Source: Ruditapes philippinarum
Taxonomy: Eukaryota
Direction of reading: 5' to 3'
Length of the DNA stretch: 64,000 nt
Assembly: GCF_026571515.1 (NCBI RefSeq)
Contig: NW_026860247.1
Coordinates: forward strand, 372,001-436,000
In this document: piece after piece, positions 1 to 12,400 of the stretch
Layout: every line of letters begins with the position of its first letter
How positions within the stretch are numbered: position 1 is the first letter of the stretch
Position numbers and translations under genes: made by a program
Notes under the pieces: generated by a model
Database searches by the model: none
The model's input: only the letters and a program-made list of their open reading frames with translations
What the model was told of the DNA's origin: nothing

Positions 1-272
1 CATATTCATGTTATGTATTTTCGAATTCGACAGCAAATTCATGCAATGATGCAATGATTATCTTTGTTGACTAATTCATTATAATTACACATAGCAAAAA
101 GTATATTGTAATAGAATCATCAAATATATGAAGTGCATCATTCTTCTGATAAAAAGTCAATAATATGGAATGATTAATAGAAATTAATGCCGATGAAGTA
201 TAACTTCACGAAAGGGCCAAGTATCAACAGTAACAATTATGAAACGGATAATTGAACAGACTAAGGACTTAC

Positions 273-481
273 CTGCGTTGAAGCATAGCCACCATTTGGA
301 TTTCGCTGACTGGTGAGCCATTTTAGAACCTGAAGGCTGTCATCTTGGTTATTGGCAGCGGTAAGGGCCAACATGGCATAGGCGGTCAATTCAACATTCA
401 GGGCTTTCCCCTTATCCTTCTCCCATGGGTTCATATCTGGGTTAGGCACTGCATTCACTTTCTTCCAGTATTTCATTCCAC
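273..481 (-). CDS. TEP coding exon 28
   Basis: GMKYWKK...[11 protein letters not shown]...[16 protein letters not shown]; gtaagt donor at 271-272. Confidence 0.95.
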
Positions 482-3400
482 CTTAAATACCAATAGGTAA
501 ATCTTTTTCAAGTATTTGTACTTTATATGACTCATTAATGTCGTTTTAAAGTGTATGGTTTCAAATAATGCTCATGTCTATGGGTCAGTTGTACTTAATA
601 AAACAACTGATATAATTAATATTCGTATCTATTTCATTGTGATCTAATGCTAATAATATACATTTGCATGTAGATAAATCTTTTAGTTATCGAAACTAAA
701 ACGAATAAACCATTCAGTTTTAAGAAGGCGAAGAGACAAGCTGAATACTGAGTAGTGAAGTTCGTCATAGTTATTTTATTAGAAATAATAATAAAATTTA
801 GACAAAATGTATTATTATAATAATTATTATTAATATTATTAATCGAAAATAAATACCTTCTGTTGTACTTAAAGCCTGTAGTTTATCAAGCGCTTCTCTT
901 GCACGAGGACTTCCGCCCAGGTTTAGGACATAAGCAATAATTGCCAGTTCATATACGTCTGTTGTCAACGGTAACTGATCTTCCAAAAAGCGCATTGCCA
1001 AGGCGACGCTGTTATTTATTTGACTGTCGACCTAAATAGATAGATTTTGATATGGAACAACTTATTTTGTATACATATATTTGTTTCCTTACACGTTTGC
1101 AAAATACGGTTTAATTTATTTCTTTAATTATCTCGGGGATTTACGTTTTTTTTTCCACTGAATATTGCGTCTTTATACAAGTAAATATCTATCCTAGACT
1201 TTCAAAATATTATAATACATGTTCTTTATTTTTCAAATAACCTAGCAAAGTTTGGCTTTTCAGCAGAAACATTCTCAGTTGACCATAGCAAATAATTTCA
1301 TTACTTTCTTGTATATATTAACCATCTTTGAGACTGGAAGATAATAGTTTTAACAGGAATACTCACCCCTTCTACAACACGAGCTTCCAACAATGCAGCT
1401 AGTACAAAAGCAGTAAGAGAACGTTCGCCGGCTGTTGATCCTCCCTGAAATATGATAATATGATTTCTATAAATAAAGAGACAAATCACGACTACTTATT
1501 CACTAAATCTACTCATTCCTTTTAAATTGCTGGACAATGTGCTCTCCAAACTGACTGATTTTCACTATTAATCGTAAAAGAGCAACGTAAATAATCACTT
1601 AAAATAGAGAAAAATAGAATCTTTAAAAGAACACCCAAACCGACAATATTGAAACTGTTGAAGGCTCAGTTTGATTGAGCCTGTCCATGGACGGTACTGA
1701 AAAGTGCAAGTGACCGTCCACGCCCCTAGTACCGGCTTAAGCAGAATTCAACATTCAGAATTTAACCCATGTTCGTAAATACTCTGCCAGTAAGCAAATT
1801 GTATCAAAATAATTGCCAAACAAATTTAACAATAAACTTTTCTATGGTCTTAATTATTCCTTCCACATGTTTTTGAAATTTATGCGTCAACACAGATCTA
1901 GCACCATATAACAATTGTAATAATCAAAGCTATATAAATTAATAAAAAATATTTTGTATGACGGCGTTTCTTGTTTTAGACATAGTCCCGTACTTTGTTT
2001 ATTATTCGTTATTACAGCTGTCATATAAATATATAACAATAAATATGTCATATGAATACAGTACCTGCATTTCCTTATGAAGAACGCGACCGGGTTCCTT
2101 GAACGTGCCGTTAGTATTTTGATTTTTAATGATCCATGAAACAGTTTTCTTAATGACTTCATCATCAACAAAAATGTATGGCTTTGCCTGTACAAATGAT
2201 TTCAAGACAAATGCAGACAACCTGAAATATATGAAACATCATAATCGATTTAAATATACAATGGGCTATGAACAATATCGAGCAAATATGTTGAATTTAA
2301 ATTATAGATTTGATTTATTTTTGGTCGTGGTATATTTTTCATAGCATTCTGTCTTTAAAATCACTTATATAATCAATGCAACTGTATGTTAAGAAATAAA
2401 TACATAGGATATATGTAGAATAAAAATAAAGTTTTCAAAATATCCCTTTTATTTCCTACCATAAAGGATTGCAAATAAAAATAGTAAAACATCTTTAGAA
2501 ATATTAATATACTGTGACAAGATAATACTCCATTTTAATGCGATAATATATACAGAACAAAGAGCCTACCACATGCTTCCAGAATCGTCATTCTTTCCAA
2601 AGGCACTGAATGATCCATCCCCATGCTGATACGTCAACTCACGCTGATAACCTAAAGTTAAAAACACAAAATTAAAATAAACAGCCATTCATATGCAATA
2701 AGAATTATAACAGAAAACCTAATAAAATAGTAAATATCTGTTCTTTACATGCAGAATGCCATTAATGTAAATCTTATACGCACGGCAATGTAAAACTTTA
2801 ATGCCTCATTTAATTATGTACTACCATTACGTTTTAAAAGACTAGAAACAAAGAAAGTCTACAAACAAAATTATAATAATAAGAATGATGATGATGCTGA
2901 TAACAATATTAATATTCAAAAATTACAGACACTCTAGAATGTCACTGAGCTAATTTTCTAGAGAGAATTCAGATCAAATCAAGTAATTTACCTTTTATCA
3001 TGAAGTTTTTAGATTTTTCAAATGTTCCCATGTCTAAGTTGTTTGTAGCTTCGAGGTATTCAGTAATGAAGATGTTTGGAGCAAAATTAAGCATGTTTTG
3101 TTCTCCACAACCATAAGGCATTTTCAGGAGAGAGTCCAATCCATTGATGCTAGGTCCCATCAGATCTCCTGAAATTGTTTAAATGGTTATATTTTACTTT
3201 CTTTCACATTCCTTTACTTAGGGACCAAATACTGCTACGTAACCCTGTGCTAGGGGACATGGACGGTTGCCTGCATGAACCAATCAAACCCAGTCTGTAA
3301 AATTCTTCATTTTTGCCGTTTTTGGCGATCTTTAGGAATTATGTTTTCTCTATTTTAGACACAATTTTGCATGCCTAGCATTTTTCTACTTTAGAATACT

Positions 3401-6400
3401 AAAAACTCTCTATGTTCCTGAGGTGTGTTGTTAAGAATTGGTATATAACTCAATTTGCATGACAACGAAACAATCAAATTTTGACATGTTGCTAGTGTAG
3501 AATCTAAAAAGCAATACCTGCACATGTTTCCTTATTTCAATAAATAATTTATTATGAGTTATATAAAATGGTTTAAAATGAATAATATAGATTTATATTA
3601 TGTTGCTTATTTTATATATTCATTTTTATGTTGATTACAAAAAACCCACACAACATTTGATATATGTTTTATGCTTACCAACAACAGTGACTATGACACG
3701 TTCAGATCCAGGCACAGTGGCAGCCGGGAATGATATTGGAATTACGGTGCTGAAATCTGGGGTCTGCTTCAGGTTGATTAAAGTTGGGATGTTGTATTCA
3801 TGTGGCGTACCTTCAGGCTAAACAGATATAAGCGGAAAATATTAGATATTGAACAAAGAATAAGAGTTTACAAAGTATATATATGCCATACATTCGATGA
3901 AAACACGAAGTTAACTTGCTTTGTAAGATTTTATACTTGATCACTATCGAGAAACATTGATAATAAAGACTTTTATATGATAACGACTTTATGATATCAA
4001 ACAATTAGTCAATTGTTGCATTTTCCAATTATTGCGTGTCATTCTTGCATATACGTGAAAATAACATGAATAATCGAAATCGCCTCTTCGCCGACAATAC
4101 GTTTGCAATTTACAGCTTGTTTTTCGTCGGCATCAACAACTTTGTATAATCACAAGATGTGTTAATTTTAGGATGATTTACTGATATGATGATAAGAGAA
4201 TTTTCCCCGATTATATTTAAAGTATCTAAACACGCCATTCAATGTATCGGTAGCATTGTGTTACCGCAGATGAATGTGTAGATTGATTAATAAAATATTC
4301 CAAGGACTAGTCCTCCACCAATTTTTTTGACACTTATAACCTGTACAACTTGTTTTTCACTGGCATCTTTAGCATATTAAGAATGAGCATGAGATTGAAT
4401 TTTGACCTGCCCAAACCTTTTAATGTGCAGTTGGATATAAGATATTCTACGGACTAATCCGCCGTCAATATTTTGATATTTACCTTTACAAGAAGTTGTT
4501 TTTCAATGGCATCAGCAGCATATAAAGATTGCGCATGAGCTTGAATTTTGATATGTCCAATCTTCTTAGGAATGATCGGGAAATACACAGCTGCGGCACC
4601 ATTTGGCTCAATCTAAGAACAAGATCGAATAAGTCTTTGATAAATTCATACAAAATTTTATTAAATACAATAAACTATTAATATTTTTTAAAAGTGTTTT
4701 AAAGCAAATGCATTAGAATGCTAACTGCTATGGGCCCTTTCGTATTTCGGTAATTAATTTGCTGTAAATAAATTGGCTTATGTGTGTAATAATTGAAACA
4801 TAGACTATAGATTAATTTCATTATTTTTAATGTTGGGGTTGTCTTAATCATTTTTTATAAAATGACAAATTATTACATTATTAAATTTTATTATCCCAAA
4901 ATAAAAAAACACTTTGAAATTTAAAGGGTTTTTATTTCTTTAAACATTTAATATTTCAAAATTAAAATTAACTGACGAAAAAATTTTAAAAAAATAGGAC
5001 TGTTAAAGGGGTAAAAAAAACGTGCCCCTACCCGGAAATTTTTTAAAAAGGGAAATATAAAAAATTTGGGCCCCTTTTCCCCAAACCCTTTTTTTTAAAA
5101 TTTTTGTGCAATCATTCTCAAATCTTAAATACCTTCACCCCAAAATCTCTCTCAATCCTAACATTGCTGAAATATTTAAGCTTTTTCCACCACGATTTTA
5201 TGATAATTATCTAATCCTTTGGAGGTTTTTCTTTGTAGCGCAAAAGTCTAAATTATGCTCTGAAAGGAAATTATTTATTAATAAAAAATTTACTATATTT
5301 ATATTTATTTATAAATATTTTAATTTGTTAGATAAACAGAAAAAAGAAATTTTAAAGATTAAAGCTTCAAATTCAATGTCATTGCGAAAAAATTTTCAAA
5401 GCGTGGAAATCACCCCTTATTGCCAGATAAACCAAAAAAAAAAAAAGGGTCAAATTTAGAACATTACGTATAATTTGAAAGCTATATTAAAATACTTATA
5501 AGAATCTATGCCAACCCCAAATATCTCTCTACCAAAATTCACCCTACAGCTCCGGCTTAATTTTGAAAGTAAGTATTTTAAGTACGTACTTTCATTATTA
5601 TTCACTAGTTCACCATCTAAGTTGCTGGTTTTTACTCGAAGAGTTCTTGAACCAATTGATAGATCCCTACTCTGACCTTTTATTTAAATAACAATATTTT
5701 TAACCACCAAACATTTTTGGCATGTTGTTTCCGTGCTTAACAAAATGTAGATTAATTTCATTCCATTGTCTAACTCTTTAAGAATTTTAACAATTATTAG
5801 GGATCTAGCATAAAGTCGTTTTAAGTGTTAACTTACGAATATTCGGAAAGGACTGTAATTGAAGATATTTGCTTGTAGTATAACTTTTTCACCTCGTACA
5901 ACGGAATATGGCATATGAAGGCTCACGAAAAACGGCATGAAGGTTGTTAACTGTAAACATAAAAAAATAAGTAGTAACAATGAGCGTATTCATAGCATAC
6001 TGTAATTTCAGTTAAACAACTACTTTCATATGAGACGTTTGTACCTAAAACCTGCATATCGTATATGTAATTCAAATTAAAGAAACTTGTCAATAATTCA
6101 AATCATTTTTAATAGTAGTTACCAATAAACTAGTAATAAAACCAAATATAATAAAAAAAATACATGTACATGTACACGAAAAGCATAAATTTGAAATTTA
6201 CCAAAACACAAAGATCTAAAACTCGTTCTTTGAAACCAAAACTAGATGTTTTTAAAACCCAAAGATTTTAATTCATACAAATTTTCACTCTCCCTTTACT
6301 TTAGTCAAAATGGCTGCTTTTAAAAACTAAAGGTTTCCTTTGCTGAAAGATTCTTTTAATTTCCAAAAAACCCAAATTATTTCCCCACCCCTGAACGGGG

Positions 6401-9400
6401 AAATTGGGCGATCCACGATTTTATTGGGGTCCCCGGCCCCAGTGTCTTCCAAAAAACAAAATGTTCCATTTATTTCTGTACCCCCAAAATTTAAAACCTA
6501 CAAAATTTTACTTATATCTTTAAATGTACCAAAATTTCTTTCAAAATAAAACTAATGAAATTTTTTTTTGATTATTCTTTTCTTTCAATAAAAGGAAATA
6601 ATTAAAAGTTTTTACCTTTTTACAATGCCCAAATTTAAAAATGTTAAAATGGGCCCAAAACACCAAATTAAAAATTTCTTTTAGATTTTTTCTTTGAATT
6701 TTAGGTATACAAAGATCATTTACATTTTTCGTGACAAAAAATGGGTTACTTTTATATGAAAAAAAACGTACAAGCTTTTTTGTTTATTTTCCAAACCCAA
6801 AGTTTCCGGGGGAATTACTTTTTCCCGGACCCCCTTTTTTGGGCTTAGCAAATTTTAAAACCCCAATTTGTTGCAAACCGATTTACTACGCAACATTAAA
6901 AGGGAATTTTTTGAATTTCCCTTTTGGATACCTTTTTCCAGCCTCATGTAAAAACAACATAATCCCCGTCGAAATAGATATACACTTTTCCCCCAAATTT
7001 AAACAATTTCTTCAATTAAAAAGAAATTTGGAAAAAAATTTTGTGGGAATAACATAAGAGAGTGCAAGATAACAATGGGGTTTGGGAACACAAAGTGAAT
7101 GAAAATGAGCGGGAAACAACAGCAACCAATTGGTACAAGATATTGATGATCACGACAGAACAAACAGAAGCATGGACCAACAAACATACGGGGAATATTG
7201 TGACCGCCACATCCAAGTCTCTGGAAACAGTTTTCTAACTCGTGTAGCTTTTTTAAATTGCTTCATCTCCGGAGCAGGGGCTGGACCTGCACCTGCGGCT
7301 GCAAAAGCAACCCTTCCTCCAAAACCACCACCACGAGCCATCATCATTGGCATCGGACCAGACCACGCTAAGACACAATGATAGATATGCCCAAATATAA
7401 ACATGATTAAGATATACTGGTATATGGTTTTCCGATATAACTAGGTTGAATTATACTGGAATCATACTACACAATGCTGAAAAATATTAAAAAAAGGAAA
7501 AAAAAAAGTTTCAAATATATACATGTATGGCGTAAAATTGAAAAATGAAACACATATCAAAATACAAACGTAAAAAATTCACATATTTTTCTTTGTTTTA
7601 AAAATTTAAATTTTCTTTTTTGCAATGAAAGCTTTTATATTGTCGTCAATTTCAAAAAAAGAATATTTCTTTCGAAAAAAATAATTTAATAATGTATGAA
7701 TTTTTGCTAAATTAACTAATTGGTTTCCAATGAAAAAGGAATGGGCAAGCAGCCCAAAGGAGGGCTTTTTAAAAAAATTTAAAAAAAAAAGAAAATTTTT
7801 CCCCCAAAAAGGGTTTTCTTAAATAAAAAATGGTTTCAAATTTCAGTATTTTTTTTAATTTTAAAATTTAAAACCCAACATTCCAGCGTTACACAAGTTA
7901 TCAATATTTTGCTTCAAAGGATCAACGCCAATAGTATAGCCGTCATTTACGTTTCAAAGTTCATTTATACTAATTGATTAACAAAATACTCTGACTTACG
8001 TTCTTGATGGTCATATACAAGAGCATCGGTAATGTAGGCCAATCCAGCATTCTGTTAATGAAATGAAAAAAGTTAACAACAATTCTGGAAAAGTGGAGAT
8101 CCCAAAACGGTCTTTTTCAATATCTCTCAGGTCCTCTACTTCAAGCTAAAGTGACATTATGTTCATTCTTTCGTTGTCGGTTACAGCTTAATTTACTTTA
8201 AATTTCTAAAGATTTACTATTATAATGGCCATTGACCATTATAATAAAAATAGTTAGAATAAAATATTAAAACTGCCTAAAATATAAAAGATTGCCCCAC
8301 ATTTTGTATCAATTGAACATTACAAATTCTGAACGATATTTATAGAATTTTCCAAGGGTCGCGTAGTTTATAAGTAGAATACAAATTTCATAAGAATTAT
8401 GACAAGATGTAAAGTGTTCTGAAACTTTACCTGTGCAGTCACCATTTTCACTTAGATGGGCATAATGGCAGTATCAAATCATTATTATTTTCTATTTTCA
8501 AATGTTTTTTCACATTATATTTAAACGTTTGTTATAACATCTAAATGAACTATATAACAGATAGACCTATATTGAATACAGATTGAATATTTTTAAAATA
8601 CGAAATTCTTCAACTTAAACTTACATTGAATACATCATGGGCGTCGTCGCCACGAGCTGGCATTGGCCATCTCCAACAAAACCAATCACATGGGAAGTGA
8701 CCGCCACCATTTGTATCATACTTTTGCAATTCTTTTGTGACGTCATCTTTTGTTACATCGTTTCCAGATTTCAGAAGGAGTACACTCTTGTCAACGGCCA
8801 GCACATTAACCTTTGATCCAGGATCTGCATTAACCGTCAACCTGATTTTATCGGCAGGCCGGACTTTAGGCGAGTCGAAGCTGATATTCACCTAGAAAAC
8901 GATTAATTGTTAACACTGCAGTTACACGTGCGAGTGAAAAAGACGAATTCATGAATCGAATATTTCTTTAAAATGCTCTACATTACTCAAAATATACATT
9001 TAAGAACTGCTTTATTTTTTAAATCGGAATCTCAATGAAACGTATGAGGTATCAGTAAAGAAAGTATGGGCTTATTCTTAAATTTCATGCATAAAATACT
9101 ACATACCCGATTTTCAAAAATGCCATCAACATTAAAGCTAAGCCCATCAGCGACGACTTCACCATCGGGTCGGACGTAGTACAGCATAAGTTTAGCTTTA
9201 GGTGCCATATCTGCCGTGACAGGGAAATTTAATATCCCTGGTGTTAGATCAACGTTACCAGACGCAACGCTCTTTCCTTTTGACAAAACCTGTACAGTGA
9301 ATAAAAAGGTTTGTTTTAAATCGAGAGTTTGCGATCTAACAATAAGAAACATATATTTCAAATGCTAAAATTCTAGACAATTATAGAGAAAGGAAGGTGT

Positions 9401-12400
9401 AATTGCAAAACATTGAAAGAAAATACTGTGAAAAAGAAAATAATATAGTGGCATGCAAATATAGTTGTATACGATTCAACAAGTTCTTTATTTGCCCAAA
9501 AATGAAAATATTGCAAGTGCACATTGCCTGAAACTATATATTTGAACAATAGTGAACTCTTGCACAATAACAGTTTCTTTTTATATCTTCATCATTAAAG
9601 TAATTATTTCCAAATACAAGGACTTGAAGATACTATGATGTACTGCAAGATAAACTACCTGATACGCTGCGTTTTTCTGAGATGGATCAGTGGAACGAAT
9701 TTGAATACCTGCTGTATCACCTGCCTATAAAATAAATTAGACTGAAACATTTATTATCTATTATGCAATTTATTTGTTAAAGAAGTTTTCTGTTTGCTAC
9801 TATTGTTAACAGATTATTATTGTTAACAGATTATTAAGTGTTTTATATTTTCTCTATTATTGTTTACAGAAACATATGTATTTTCAGACTTGCCGTGAAT
9901 TGCATACGATTTCACAAAACGTTTATGAGCTGATGTGAGTTACCAATTAGCTATGAGCTATGAATTTGAAAATGACTAAACTCTATAACTTATAAAATTA
10001 TATTTTACAAAAGACTTCGGAACAGATACGGACAATATATTTGCATTTGAACATAATTTGTGGAAAAAATAATCATTTTCATGATTCTATTCTAAAAAGC
10101 AATTGATATAATGCGATCTTCACTTTTCTGCATAAAACTAACTTGAATAAATGAAAATTAGATTTAGAAATGTTATCATTTTATTATTTATGTTTGCATA
10201 ACACTTACCTTCAAGTTATCTGAGAGTAATCTAAGTTGCATAAAGCTGTCACTGGGAGAATTTGATTTTCTAACATTTTTGTGAGCTTTAACACCATCAT
10301 GTTCAGCCTGTAAGACAAAATACGCTATAATGGTTTTTCATGCATCAATATGACTGTAACTATGTATTCAGTTATTTTCGTCAATCTCCGTATTTAGCCC
10401 TCAACCTTATGAACTTCTGTAATGAACCTTAATATAAATTTGTGAACCTTTCCTTCATCAAGTTGGGACATCAAGACGAGAGTTTAGTAGGCCAACAGAT
10501 AGAACCTGGGCAATGATTTACACTCAACTATTTACTTTGAAAGTGGTTTATTTGTTTGGCTTTACGGCGCACCAACACAATTTGGGTCATATGGCGCTGA
10601 AACAGGAAAGATGAGTTTGGCTAACATTAAGCGTCTAAAGCACTGTGTGAAATGACAAATTGGCCTTAGTAATTGAGAAGCTTATTAAACACACGCAGTT
10701 AAAAACAATATCAGAGTGACAGTAACGAAACATGTGAAGTCATAACAGAGGCATTGTTTAGCTTTCTGGTCGAAGAAAACCTCAGGTGCCCCAACGCGCA
10801 TTATTTAAACTTTTCCGGATTTACTATGCATCGACATTCCGTAACATATCTGGTTAGCTTATTCGTATAAAAGAATCCAAAGTATCTTGATGTTTGTACG
10901 CTATGATGAATTATAAATATATTCCAACTAGAAAATGTTACCGTTATGCAATAAAATAAAAAAAATCATGAAGTTACTGGAAAATTTAGACGGGAGATAT
11001 CTATACAGTTAAGATAGATTCTGAAAATGTTTTGAACAAACTAAACAGTTTCGTTTAGATTAAAAAACGAACTAGATAAACAATTTCTAGTTGATAAAAA
11101 CCGTATATTTCAAAGATAATATTTTGACCAATAACTCACCGCAATATCAACTCGTGTAACCTCAGGTGGGATATTGATAGGGATCTCTATAAAACCATCG
11201 AGTGGTATAGGGAAAAACATTTCAGGCTGTTTGTCTTCTTTTTCTCTAGGCCACCACCAACCTCCGGGCGGCCTGATAATCATTGGTGAAATCTGAAGCT
11301 CTTTAACCATAGTACCTGTTTATAAGAAATTTTACTAATGTACTTAATGATTTCATATAAAGCGGCATGATTTAGTACTGTTTCTGTATGATTTAATACA
11401 TTACTGATATACATGAATGCTGGGTCGTGTAAATTAATATGGGATTTGATACGTTGCGTCATGATTTAATACAAGACTGCATGATTTTATACATCAAAGT
11501 ATGTAATAAGCGATGCGTTGCTGCAGGATTTAATGCATGTCTACATGAATAATTACGTTGCTTCATGATCTAATACAAGACTGCATGATTTTATACATCA
11601 AAAGTATATGTAATAAGCGATGCGTTACTACAGGATTTAATGCATGGCTACATGAATAATTACGTGGCCGCATGATTTAATTCTATAACATTTTTGGTTG
11701 ATTAAATTTACGTCACACCGATACAGTGACTTTCCAGCTTAAATGTCGGAAAAAGACCCAGGTGCCCCTCTGTATACTATTTAAGACAGAAACAGGCACA
11801 TCCTGAGTAGAAACATCGACGTTCCGTAAGCTAGATTAAGCGCTTCCCCACATGAAAGAATCCAAAGTCCCTGCGGGATTCCGAACCCACAGAGGTGAGT
11901 GGAGAGCGGTAAGAAGTCAACGACTTAATCACTTGCCGACGGACGCCCCGTGATTTTATAAATTCCTGCGTGGTAAAATATATTAGGCTGCAAGGTTTAA
12001 TATATAAGGATTTTATAGATGGAAAGGTTTCGCAATTTGCGTATTTGCATCATTTCTTTGGGAGTTTTTTTTATGGTTTGTTGAACTGTTCAAGTTTACA
12101 TCGCAGTGAATGTTTGGAGATACTATCTAAAAGAGTTAATTCCATTTTAGTAATATTTTTATTTACATACCATTTGTACCGTTCATTATAAGAGGCGAAG
12201 TTGTGGTGGTGGTGGTGGTAGTGGTTGTTGTCGTGGTAGTAATAATAGGCCGGTAGTAAGTCACGTTAACAGACACTTTACCGTTTTTAATGGTCGGCGG
12301 AGTATCATCTTGCTCGGAAACTTTCAACTGGAAATAAATGTATCTTTTAGTTAAATCGTATTTTTCTTAGCTTGACGGTTATAAATACTTTGACTTAACG

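Noticed and set aside
1686-1745. Twister-sister or other ribozyme (GUGCAAG motif) in the double-hairpin repeat
   Set aside because: Only superficial motif similarity; I could not build the required multi-stem junction by eye, so it is left as a test rather than a call
5106-7057. Lys/Phe/Pro-rich + strand ORFs (5106, 6340, 6731)
   Set aside because: Products of homopolymer-inflated sequence, antisense to real exons
7490-7870. Third alternative bait exon
   Set aside because: No FPETW-like remnant is discernible; the sequence is too corrupted to support a call
11860-11949. tRNA gene
   Set aside because: A/B boxes are present but there is no cloverleaf, and the sequence continues into a SINE body found in several copies
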